64,000 nt of DNA from Candidatus Eiseniibacteriota bacterium (GTDB lineage: Bacteria; Eisenbacteria; RBG-16-71-46). Where the stretch lies: contig OY970342.1 of assembly GCA_963717505.1 (NCBI GenBank), forward strand, positions 64,001-128,000, written 5' to 3'. Made by a program: the position numbers and the translations under genes. Under the pieces are notes generated by a model. It was not told the DNA's origin, ran no database searches, and saw nothing but the letters and a program-made list of their open reading frames with translations. Below are positions 20,914-29,825 of this stretch, piece after piece (positions within the stretch are counted from its first letter, which is position 1; each line of letters begins with the position of its first letter).

Positions 20914-23048
20914 CCCCCCGACCCCCGCTCCCGAACGGTCACCGTCTCGCCGTCGCTCTCGCGTTCCTCGCGCTGGCGACTGCGGCTTCGGCCGCCCCAC
21001 TCCCCTACCCGACCACGGCGAAGCAGGTGGTTCGGGACACGCTGCACGGCATGGTGATCGAAGATCCATACCGGTGGCTCGAGGAACAGAAAGCGCCGGC
21101 GACCCGCGAATGGCTCGACCGCCAGATCGCGTTCACCGACTCGGTCCTGGGCACCGTGCCCGGGCGCGAGTCGATCGAGAAACGGATTGCCGAGCTGCTC
21201 AAGGTCGAGACGCGAACGGTTCCCGAGGTGCACGGCGGACGCCTGTTCTTCACCCGCCGTGCCGCAGATCAGGATCTGTCGGTCCTGTGCATGCGCGAAG
21301 GCCCCGACGGCAAGGACGAGGTCCTGGCCGATCCCAACGGCATGAGCGCGGATCGCTCGGTCTCGGTGCTGTACTACGGCTACTCACCCGACGGCTCGCT
21401 GGTCGGGATCGCGACTCGCAGCGGCGGCGAAGACGAGATCCAGGTCGCGTTTCTCGACCTCAAGACCCGTCAGGAGCTGCCCGACCGGCTGCCCAAGGCG
21501 CGCTACTTCGGCGTCGCGATCCGGCCCGACCGCAAGGGAATCTACTATTCGCGCATGGGCCAGACTGGGCCACGCGTTCACTACCACGCGATGGGCGCCG
21601 ACACCGCAACCGACAAGGTGATCTTTGGCGACGGGTACGACCCGGGGAAGATCATCGGCGTCCAGATGTCCGAGAACGGCCGCTGGCTCCTGATCACGGC
21701 CCTCCACGGCTCGGCCGCGAAGAAGGTCGAGCTGTACGTGAAGGACGTGCTCGCTGACGGCCCGGTGATTCCGATCGTCAACGACGTCGACGCCTGGTTC
21801 ACCGCCCAGTTCGCGGACAACCACCTCTACTTGCGCACCAACTGGGAGGCGCCCAATCAGCGGGTGCTGCGCGTGGACCTGACCCAGCCGGCGCGCGACC
21901 AGTGGCAGGAAGTGATTCCCCAAGGCAAGTTCGCGATGGACGGGCTCGAGCTAGCCGGTGGCAAACTGGTCGCACGTTACATCGAGAACGTGATCACCAA
22001 GCTGCGGATCTTCGACCCGGCCGGAAAGCCGCTCGGCGCAGTCGAGTTCGAAACCCTGGGTGCGGCCGGCAATCTCAACGGGCGTTGGAGCGACCCCAGC
22101 CTGTACTTCGAGTTCGAGTCCTTCGCGGTGCCGACGACGATCTTCCGCTACGACGTCGCCAAGAGCGTGCGCACCGAGTGGTTCCGCGAACGCGTGCCAG
22201 TCAAGTCCGATGAGTTCGAGGTGAAGCAGCTCTGGTACACCTCGAAGGACGGAACCGACGTGCCGATGTTCGTGGCCCACAAGAAGGGGATCAAGCTCGA
22301 CGGCACGAATCCCACGTTTCTCTGGGGCTACGGCGGTTTCACGGTCAACGAGCTGCCCTCGTTCACCCACAACGCCGTGATCTGGATGGAGCGCGGCGGC
22401 GTGTTCGTACTCGCCAACCTGCGCGGCGGGTCGGAGTTCGGCGAACGCTGGCACCAGGACGGCATGCTCGCGAACAAGCAGAACACGTTCGACGACTTCA
22501 TCGGCGCGGCCGAGCATCTCGTGTCCGCCAAGTACACGAGCCCGTCGCGGCTCGCGGTCGGCGGCGGCAGCAACGGCGGCCTGCTGGTCGGCGCGTTCAT
22601 GACCCAGCGTCCGGACCTGTGCCGGGCCGTCTATTGCGGCGTGCCGCTGATCGACATGGTTCGCTATCACAAGTTCCTGGTCGCGCGCTTCTGGGTCCCC
22701 GAGTACGGTTCGGCCGACAACCCCGATCAGTTCAAGTTCATTCACGCCTACTCTCCCTACCACCACGTGAAGGCCGGCACCGAGTATCCGGCGGTGTTGT
22801 TCATGACCGGGGATGCCGACACGCGCGTCGATCCGCTCCATGCCCGCAAGATGACGGCGCTGATGCAGGCGTCGACGGGTTCGGACCGTCCGGTGTTGCT
22901 GCACTACGACCTGAAGCAGGGTCATTCGGGCGGCGGCAAGGCGACCTCGCTGAAGGTGCGCGACGACACGGACCGCAACCTGTTCCTCATGTGGCAGCTC
23001 GGCATGCTGGGCGGCGATGCCGCGGCCCAGGCCAAGGCGCCCAAGTAA
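20910..23048 (+). CDS. Prolyl oligopeptidase (S9A), exported
   Basis: Signal peptide; DPYRWLE, YGGF, GGSNGG, DTRV, GH. Confidence 0.97.
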   Translation: MTPRPPLPNGHRLAVALAFLALATAASAAPLPYPTTAKQVVRDTLHGMVIEDPYRWLEEQKAPATREWLDRQIAFTDSVLGTVPGRESIEKRIAELLKVETRTVPEVHGGRLFFTRRAADQDLSVLCMREGPDGKDEVLADPNGMSADRSVSVLYYGYSPDGSLVGIATRSGGEDEIQVAFLDLKTRQELPDRLPKARYFGVAIRPDRKGIYYSRMGQTGPRVHYHAMGADTATDKVIFGDGYDPGKIIGVQMSENGRWLLITALHGSAAKKVELYVKDVLADGPVIPIVNDVDAWFTAQFADNHLYLRTNWEAPNQRVLRVDLTQPARDQWQEVIPQGKFAMDGLELAGGKLVARYIENVITKLRIFDPAGKPLGAVEFETLGAAGNLNGRWSDPSLYFEFESFAVPTTIFRYDVAKSVRTEWFRERVPVKSDEFEVKQLWYTSKDGTDVPMFVAHKKGIKLDGTNPTFLWGYGGFTVNELPSFTHNAVIWMERGGVFVLANLRGGSEFGERWHQDGMLANKQNTFDDFIGAAEHLVSAKYTSPSRLAVGGGSNGGLLVGAFMTQRPDLCRAVYCGVPLIDMVRYHKFLVARFWVPEYGSADNPDQFKFIHAYSPYHHVKAGTEYPAVLFMTGDADTRVDPLHARKMTALMQASTGSDRPVLLHYDLKQGHSGGGKATSLKVRDDTDRNLFLMWQLGMLGGDAAAQAKAPK

Positions 23049-24196
23049 TGACGGCAGCCAAGCTCTCGGTGGGCGACGCCCAGGCCATGAAGGATCCGGC
23101 CACCGGCCTGCTCCAGATCCTGGCGCCCGATGGCTCGCTGGTCGGGGAGCCGCCGGCGATCCCGCGAGACGATCTGCGTCGCATGTACCGGCACATGCTG
23201 CGCATGCGGGTTACCGACCAGCGCATGCTGTCGCTCCAGCGCCAGGGACGGATCGGCTTCTACGGCACCGCCACCGGCCAGGAAGCGGCGGTGACCGGAT
23301 CGGCCTACGCGCTAGCCGACACCGACTGGATCTTCCCGGCGTTGCGCGAGATCGGAGCATCGACCTGGCGCGGCACTACGATGCAGGAGGTCATCTGCCA
23401 GCTGATCGGGAACAGCGGCGACGTCCTGATCGGCCGGCAGATGCCCTGCCACTTCAGCGACCGCAAGGTGCACAGCGTCGCCTGGTCTTCGGTGATCGGC
23501 ACACAGCTGGTTCACGCGATGGGCGCCGCGTGGGCGGCAAAGCTGCAGAAGACCCGCGACGTGATGATGGGCTACATGGGAGACGGCGCCTCTTCGTCGG
23601 CCGACTTCCATGCCGCCGCGAACTTCGCGGGCGTCTTCCGGCTTCCGGTCGTGTTCTTCTGCCAGAACAATCAGTGGGCGATTTCGGTGCCGCTCGCGTC
23701 CCAGACGGCCTCGCCCAGCATCGCGATCAAGGCGGTCGCCTACGGCTTTCCCGGGGTCCGCGTCGACGGCAACGATCTATTGGCGGTGGTCCAGGCGACG
23801 CGTGAGGCGGTGGATCGCGCCCGGCGTGGCGACGGCCCGACGCTGGTCGAGGCGGTGACGTTCCGCATGGGCGGACACTCGTCGAGCGACGATCCGACGC
23901 GCTATCGCGAGGCGTCCCTGGTCACGACCTGGGAGCAGCGGGATCCGCTCGCGCGTTTGAAGGTCTGGCTCGAGCGCGAGGCGATGCTGAAGCCCGAAGA
24001 GACCGACGCCTGGACGGCGGAGGCCAACGACGAAATCGGCGTCGCGATCCGCGAGGCCGAGGCCCATGGCCCGCCGCCACTCGAGACCCTGTTCTCGGAC
24101 GTCTATCGCGACATGCCACCGCACATCGCCGAGCAGAAGGAGTACGCAATCGCCATGGGCGAGGGCACCAAGTTCGAGGGACGATTCCCGCTGTAG
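23048..24196 (+). CDS. 2-oxoacid dehydrogenase E1 alpha subunit (branched-chain-like)
   Basis: LQRQGRIGFY, GRQMPCH, TPP motif GDGA...NN, HSSSDDP..YR; TAATG overlap with the peptidase stop. Confidence 0.97.
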   Translation: MTAAKLSVGDAQAMKDPATGLLQILAPDGSLVGEPPAIPRDDLRRMYRHMLRMRVTDQRMLSLQRQGRIGFYGTATGQEAAVTGSAYALADTDWIFPALREIGASTWRGTTMQEVICQLIGNSGDVLIGRQMPCHFSDRKVHSVAWSSVIGTQLVHAMGAAWAAKLQKTRDVMMGYMGDGASSSADFHAAANFAGVFRLPVVFFCQNNQWAISVPLASQTASPSIAIKAVAYGFPGVRVDGNDLLAVVQATREAVDRARRGDGPTLVEAVTFRMGGHSSSDDPTRYREASLVTTWEQRDPLARLKVWLEREAMLKPEETDAWTAEANDEIGVAIREAEAHGPPPLETLFSDVYRDMPPHIAEQKEYAIAMGEGTKFEGRFPL

Positions 24197-24221
24197 CACG
24201 CGGACACTCCGGAGGCCGAAC

Positions 24222-24560
24222 ATGAGAGGTCTGTTGCTCGTCCTGCTGATCGCGGCGGGCGGCTGCCGCGCCCAGGACTATCGCGCCGTCGAAGGCAAGC
24301 TCGACGCGCCCCTGCGGCAGAAACTCGAGGCCCTTCACCAGGAGGATCGCGTCGACACGCTCGCGGTCCTCGGCCGCTGCTCGGCGCCGGTCTCCGACGA
24401 GATGCGCGCGAAAATCGTGGCGGCCGGGGTCGAAGTGCAGTCGGTGACCGGCGACATCTTCGCGGCGCGCCTGGCGTCGGACCGCATCGTCCCGCTGGCG
24501 AAGCTCGACTTCGTCAAGATGCTCGAGTTGTCTCAGACCTCGCAGCCGCTCTCGCCCTAG
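24222..24560 (+). CDS. Small lipoprotein homologous to the prodomain of the adjacent S8 protease (putative inhibitor or chaperone)
   Basis: GGAGG RBS; lipobox AGGC; 17 of 39 residues identical, ungapped, to the neighbour's prodomain (manual alignment). Confidence 0.75.
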   Translation: MRGLLLVLLIAAGGCRAQDYRAVEGKLDAPLRQKLEALHQEDRVDTLAVLGRCSAPVSDEMRAKIVAAGVEVQSVTGDIFAARLASDRIVPLAKLDFVKMLELSQTSQPLSP

Positions 24561-24569
24561 GAGGCGCGC

Positions 24570-26933
24570 ATGACGTCCTTCCGTTCTCGATTCCGTGCCG
24601 CCAGCGCGATCGTGGTCGCGACCACTGCGGCCTGGCTCTCGATCGCGGGCGCCGAAACCGGGCGCGGCGCGGTGCCATTCTCGTTGAGGAACGCGGTCCG
24701 CGAAGCCACCCCGCTCGACGCCAAGCTCGACGCCACCCTGCGCTACGTGCTCGAACAAGCCGAGGCTGCGCAAACGGGAACTCTGGCCCGCGGGCGGGTG
24801 GATCCCCTCGCGGCCATCGTCGACCCACGTTCGCCGTTCGCGGTCTTGCGCGACCCGTGGCGCGCGGCACCGGAAGTGCTGGTCTTCATGCGGCTCGATC
24901 GGCCCGAGTCGGCGCGCCGGGTCGAGGCCGAGGGCGCCGAAGTCCTGGCGGTGGTCGAGGACATTGCCACCGCGCGTATTCCGGTATCGCGCGTGCGGGC
25001 GATCGCCGAGCTCGAACCCGTGCGCTACCTCGAGCTGTCCGGCCGTTCGTTCGCGCAGCTCGACTCCAGCCGCCGCCGCACCGGTGTGCGCACCGTGCAC
25101 CAGGGCGGCGGCGGATTGCCCCGCGCGTTCACCGGCGCCGGCGTCCTGGTCGGCGTGCTCGACGGCGGGCTCGACTACAAGCACGCGGACTTTCGCACGG
25201 CGGGCAACACCTCGCGCGTCCGTGCCTTGTACGACTACGGCACCGGAGCGAACGGCATCGAGTGCCGGCCCGGCCAGCTCGACTCGCTGACCTGCCCCGA
25301 GAAGGACGGCTCCGGAGGATTCAGCCACGGCACTCACGTCACCGGGACAGCGGCCGGCAACGGAAGGCGCAACGCGGCGTACATCGGCATGGCGCCCGAT
25401 GCCGGCATCATCTTCGTCAAAGGCATTCGTCATCCCGAGAGCACTGGCGGCTTCACCGATGCCGACGTGCTCGCCGGCTCGCAGTTCGTGTTCAACAAGG
25501 CGCGCCAGTTCGGTCAGCCGTGCGTCCTGAACTTGAGCCTGGGAAGCCAGTCCGGCCCCCACGACGGAACGACGCTCTATGAACAGGCGTTGGGTTCGCT
25601 CACCGGTCCCGGGCGCATCATCGTCGCGGCGGCGGGCAACAGCGGCGGACAGGAAATCCACGCCTCGTACGCCGCGCAAGGCAGCGACTATGCCTCGGCG
25701 CTCGAGACCCTATGGCAGATCGCCGGCGGCGCGACGGTGTCCGCCGTCGACCTCTGGTACCCCGGCGGCACCAGCATCTCCGTCGGAGTCGCCGCCTACA
25801 ACCCCGGCGACTACAACAATCCTGTGTTCGTCTCGAATCCGATCGCTCCCGGGCAATCGGTGACGGGAACCGCCACCTCCGGGGGCACCGATCTCGGCAT
25901 CGTCTCGATCGACGCCCGCACCACCGCGGATGCCAACAACGGGGCGCGTCGCGTGTTCATCGCCATCTCCGATGCCGGCGGACCGGTGAATCCCTCCGAC
26001 CTCTACTGGTCGGTCTACACCTTCGGCTCGGGGACGCTCGACATGTGGGTGGTGAACAGCGGCTTGTTTGCGCCCGCGTCGCTTCCCCTGCCCGTGTGGT
26101 TCCGGCCCGGCGACAATGCGAAGACCATCGGCTCGCCGGCCACCGGCCGAAAGCTGATCGCGGTCGGCTCGCACGTCACCAAGACCCAGTGGATCGACGT
26201 GAACGGCATCACGCGCTTTCAGCCGGGGGCCACGCTCGATGCCATCTCCGGATTCAGCAGCCGTGGGCCGTCGCGCGACAACCGCGTGCTGCCTCATCTC
26301 AGCGCACCCGGCGAGGCCATTCTGGCGGCGCTCTCGGCCGATTATCCGGCCGACCCGGCCACCGTTTTGCTTGGCGGCGGCTTGTTCCGGCAGCAGGGCA
26401 CCAGCATGGCGTCGCCGCATGTCACCGGCATCGTGGCACTCATGCTGGAGCGCGACCCCGCGCTGACGCCGGACAATGTCCGCGACCTGTTGCAGCAGAC
26501 CGCGACCCCGGCGGGCGGCGGAACTCCCAACAACATCTTCGGCGCCGGCAAGGTGAATGCGCTCGCGGCCCTGCTCGCGACCCCCGATGCTGTTCCCTGC
26601 GTGATCTCGAGCCCGCTCGCCAGCAGGCCCGTGGAGTGCGACGAGAACGCTCGGCCGCTGGGAGCCGCGCTCGAAGCCTGGCCGAATCCGGTGGCCGACC
26701 AGGTGACGCTGGCCTTCCGGCTCGACGCGACCGAGCACGTGCATCTCGCGATCTACGACCTGTTCGGCCGCCGCATCCGGACCTTGCGCGACGAGCCGAC
26801 CGCTGCGGGTCCGATCCTCGCGCGCTGGGACCGCCGAAGCGATCGCGGGGACCGCGTACCGGCGGGCGTCTACTTCGCCCGTGCCCTTACTCCGACCCAT
26901 TCCGCATTCCGGCGGATGGTGGTCGTCCACTGA
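24570..26933 (+). CDS. S8 subtilisin-like serine peptidase (CspA-like, with inserted domain) and C-terminal FlgD-Ig/T9SS-like domain
   Basis: Triad VLDGG / HGTHVTG / GTSMASPHV; AAAGN; C-terminal WPNP...IYDLFGRRIRTL...WD...GVYF. Confidence 0.95.
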   Translation: MTSFRSRFRAASAIVVATTAAWLSIAGAETGRGAVPFSLRNAVREATPLDAKLDATLRYVLEQAEAAQTGTLARGRVDPLAAIVDPRSPFAVLRDPWRAAPEVLVFMRLDRPESARRVEAEGAEVLAVVEDIATARIPVSRVRAIAELEPVRYLELSGRSFAQLDSSRRRTGVRTVHQGGGGLPRAFTGAGVLVGVLDGGLDYKHADFRTAGNTSRVRALYDYGTGANGIECRPGQLDSLTCPEKDGSGGFSHGTHVTGTAAGNGRRNAAYIGMAPDAGIIFVKGIRHPESTGGFTDADVLAGSQFVFNKARQFGQPCVLNLSLGSQSGPHDGTTLYEQALGSLTGPGRIIVAAAGNSGGQEIHASYAAQGSDYASALETLWQIAGGATVSAVDLWYPGGTSISVGVAAYNPGDYNNPVFVSNPIAPGQSVTGTATSGGTDLGIVSIDARTTADANNGARRVFIAISDAGGPVNPSDLYWSVYTFGSGTLDMWVVNSGLFAPASLPLPVWFRPGDNAKTIGSPATGRKLIAVGSHVTKTQWIDVNGITRFQPGATLDAISGFSSRGPSRDNRVLPHLSAPGEAILAALSADYPADPATVLLGGGLFRQQGTSMASPHVTGIVALMLERDPALTPDNVRDLLQQTATPAGGGTPNNIFGAGKVNALAALLATPDAVPCVISSPLASRPVECDENARPLGAALEAWPNPVADQVTLAFRLDATEHVHLAIYDLFGRRIRTLRDEPTAAGPILARWDRRSDRGDRVPAGVYFARALTPTHSAFRRMVVVH

Positions 26934-26956
26934 TGCTCGCCCACGGAGGAGAGGCC

Positions 26957-27400
26957 ATGCGCCTGACGATTCCCATCGCGCTGCTCGCGCTCGCGCTCGC
27001 GCTCTTCGGGTGCTCGAGCTCGGAGGACACGACCGCCCCACCCCCGGGAACGACCCACTCAGAAGCCGAGCCCAACGACTCGGCGCCGCAATCGCTCGGC
27101 ACGCTGGACTCCACCGACATCGTGGTCGGCGGCGCCTCGGCCAGCAATGCCGACATCGACCTCTATAGCGTGACCCTATCGGCGACCGCGTCCCTGTTCG
27201 TTCAGTTGTCGTGGTCGGGAGCCCAGGATCTCGGGGTCGCGGTGTCGAACACCGACGGCGTGTTCGTCACCAACGTCGACGGAACGTCCAACATCGAGGA
27301 ATGCACCGTGCTCAACCTGGATCCGGGAACCTATCGGGTTCGCGTCGGCTCGCAATCGACGAGTTCAGCGGACTACCTGCTGACGATCGGCATGCGCTAG
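26957..27400 (+). CDS. PPC (pre-peptidase C-terminal)-like domain lipoprotein
   Basis: Lipobox LFGC; EAEPND, D.DLY, PGTYRVRV...Y.L.I. Confidence 0.75.
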   Translation: MRLTIPIALLALALALFGCSSSEDTTAPPPGTTHSEAEPNDSAPQSLGTLDSTDIVVGGASASNADIDLYSVTLSATASLFVQLSWSGAQDLGVAVSNTDGVFVTNVDGTSNIEECTVLNLDPGTYRVRVGSQSTSSADYLLTIGMR

Positions 27401-27445
27401 GCAAAACAAGGGGCCCCCGCGGACGCGGAGGCCCTGTTGTTTGCC
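27400..27445. terminator. Bidirectional intrinsic terminator between convergent operons
   Basis: GGCAAAACAAGGGGCC...GGCCCTGTTGTTTGCC hairpin with A-rich and T-rich flanks. Confidence 0.7.
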
Positions 27446-27488
27446 AGGTCCGATGTCGGTTCGGACCGCAGCTCCCCAGCGCGGGGAT

Positions 27489-28814
27489 CTAGTTCCGGGC
27501 GGGCGGCAGCTTGAGCACCTGTCCGGCTTTGACGTCGGGCGACACCAGATCGTTGTGCATCATGAGCGTCTCCGGGCTGACTCCCCAGCGCTTGGCGATG
27601 CTGGTGATCGTCTCCCCGGCGCGAACCGTGATCCGGTTCGGACGCACCGTGGTCGGCGCCGGCGACGTCACTTCGGGCGCTGCGGGCGCGGCACTCACTT
27701 CCTCGACCACCTTCGGGACCGGCGGCACCGGGTTCGCGGCCTGCGGTGTGGCACGCGGGGCCTCGTCGACCGCCTTGGGCTTCGCCGGCGTCTTGGCGGG
27801 CGCCGAGGTCGTGGCCGGCGCGCGCGGCGGATCGTAACCGGGATCCGACGTGCCGAACGGTCCCTGATTCATGTTCATCTTGCCTGGGCGAAGCGAAATG
27901 CCGATCCGGTGCTGCGCGTCGGCATCGCCGGGAATCAGGTACGCGTAGTCGAGCCACATGCCGTAGAAGCCGGTGCCCAGGCCGAACGTCGGACCGGTCA
28001 GCGTCTCGCCTTCCGGCGCGCCCATCTCGGAACGGTAGCCGACGCGCAGCGCCGCCATGTCGCGCCAGCGATACTCGACGCCGGTGCGCACGTCGGTGTA
28101 GTACGCGTTCGGGAAGTTCACGTCGAGCGCGAAGCGCAGTCCGGACTGCGCGTGCTCGTAGCTGACGCCGGCGCCGTAGTTGGTCGGGAAGCTATAGACC
28201 TGATCTTCGTACTTCATCTGACCGAATGCGTTCTGGGCGGCGAATCCGAATCCGAAAGCCCCGGCGCGGCCCTGGAGGCCGAAGTCGAAGGTCATTCCCG
28301 AACCACGGATGTCGCCAAGGCTCTCGTTGACCCACTTACCGCCCACACCCAGCGAGAGCATTTCGTTGATCGGCCAAGCCACGGTGGCCCCCGCGGCGAC
28401 CCGCGAAACGTCGAAGCTGCCGGTCGGGTTGTTGAACGCGTCGCGGCCCTCGAACGAACCCTCGCTCGCGTAGATCCCGGTCAACGCCCAACGGAGAGGT
28501 TGGTTTCCCAGCCGGCCGCCGGCGACGAGGTAGTCCTGGGTGTGATCCTCGAGGATTGTCGCGTGCGACAGCGAGAACTCGGTTTCGTTGAGCCATCCGA
28601 GCGAGGCGGCGTTCCAGCCGACGCTACTCAGATCGCCCATCAGGCCCAAGGTGGCGCCGGCGCGACCGAGGGCGGCCGCACCGCTTCCAATCGTAAGGAA
28701 ATTCGCCGCGGTGGTTCCCGCCGCGTCGGAGCTGGCACGCGCCTCGCGCACCGTCCCGGCGAACACCGTCCCCAGCGCGAGGACGGCGACCGCCATTTGC
28801 TGAATTCGCTTCAT
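27489..28814 (-). CDS. PorV/PorQ-family outer-membrane beta-barrel fused to a C-terminal LysM domain
   Basis: GTTAANFLTIGSGA.ALG..GA...WNAASL N-terminus, G.EY...ALRVGY, DYAY; Pro/Ala linker; LysM ITVRAGETITSIAKRWGVS...N.L...GQVLKLP. Confidence 0.8.
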   Translation of the reverse strand: MKRIQQMAVAVLALGTVFAGTVREARASSDAAGTTAANFLTIGSGAAALGRAGATLGLMGDLSSVGWNAASLGWLNETEFSLSHATILEDHTQDYLVAGGRLGNQPLRWALTGIYASEGSFEGRDAFNNPTGSFDVSRVAAGATVAWPINEMLSLGVGGKWVNESLGDIRGSGMTFDFGLQGRAGAFGFGFAAQNAFGQMKYEDQVYSFPTNYGAGVSYEHAQSGLRFALDVNFPNAYYTDVRTGVEYRWRDMAALRVGYRSEMGAPEGETLTGPTFGLGTGFYGMWLDYAYLIPGDADAQHRIGISLRPGKMNMNQGPFGTSDPGYDPPRAPATTSAPAKTPAKPKAVDEAPRATPQAANPVPPVPKVVEEVSAAPAAPEVTSPAPTTVRPNRITVRAGETITSIAKRWGVSPETLMMHNDLVSPDVKAGQVLKLPPARN

Positions 28815-28828
28815 GGTCCTGTCCTCCC

Positions 28829-29797
28829 TCACGGCACACGGACCAGGCGAATGCTCTGCCGTTCCGAGCCCGAGATCACCCAACCGCGATAGACACCCGG
28901 CGCACACATGCGCCCGGCGTCGTTCTTTCCGTCCCACGGGATGTCCCGATTGCCGGCGGGCAGCGCGCCCACGTCCAGACGGCGCACGCGGCGATTGCCG
29001 GAGTCGATGATCTCGACCGCGACGTCCGAAACCCCGCCGGGCGGCACGGTGACCGGGAGATTCACCGAGGCGAAGACGCTGCTGGGATTCGGATAGGCCT
29101 CGTCGACCTCGAGTCCCGCCGTCGTCCCCGTGGTTTCGTTCAAGTTGACCGAGGTGAAGGTGCGCGCGCTCTCGTTGCCCGAAATGTCCTGGGCCGAGAT
29201 CTGGTACCAAACCGTGGTGATCCCCGCCGGGACGCCGGTATCGAGGAACTCGGTGGACGTCACGAGTCCGCCCGAGGCCAGGATGTAGGGACCGGATTGC
29301 GAGGTCGCGCGGTAGACGCGATACCCGAGCAGATCCGGCTCCGGACTCGGATTCCAGCGGATGCGCACGTCCTCGCCCTCGCGAGTGGCGTGAACACCGT
29401 TCGGAGCGCCGGGCGGGGCCGTGTCGAGCTGCCACTCCCAGCGCACGATGTTCGAGATCGGCGACAGATTGCCGTCGTCGTCTCGAGTCTTGAGCGCGAA
29501 CCAGTAGGTCGTCCCGCGCACCAGGCCACGAACGGTGACCTGCTCGCGCGAGCCGGCGACCCGCGGAATCGGAAGGCCGTTGACCTGGGTCGCGGAATTG
29601 AAGTTGGAGTCGTTGATCTGCGACAGCGAGTAGCGCAGGTCGTAGTCGGTCGCGGTCCCGAGGGAGCCGTCGTCACCGGGTGCCGTCCAGCGGACGACGA
29701 CCGTGTCGACCCCCTGACCGTAAGCGAGGGCCGGTGCGAACACCGGCAGCCCGAGCACGGCGGCAAGCGGGAACCACGTGAGAAGCGCGGAGCGCAT
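28829..29797 (-). CDS. Secreted fibronectin type III protein with FlgD-Ig/T9SS-like C-terminal domain
   Basis: WTAPGDDG...YDLRYS FN3; second FN3 (W...EPDL.GYRVYR); AYPNP...WDGKND.G....GVY. Confidence 0.8.
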   Translation of the reverse strand: MRSALLTWFPLAAVLGLPVFAPALAYGQGVDTVVVRWTAPGDDGSLGTATDYDLRYSLSQINDSNFNSATQVNGLPIPRVAGSREQVTVRGLVRGTTYWFALKTRDDDGNLSPISNIVRWEWQLDTAPPGAPNGVHATREGEDVRIRWNPSPEPDLLGYRVYRATSQSGPYILASGGLVTSTEFLDTGVPAGITTVWYQISAQDISGNESARTFTSVNLNETTGTTAGLEVDEAYPNPSSVFASVNLPVTVPPGGVSDVAVEIIDSGNRRVRRLDVGALPAGNRDIPWDGKNDAGRMCAPGVYRGWVISGSERQSIRLVRVP

Positions 29798-29825
29798 CGG
29801 GGCACGCGAGCGAGAGGCCGTCATC

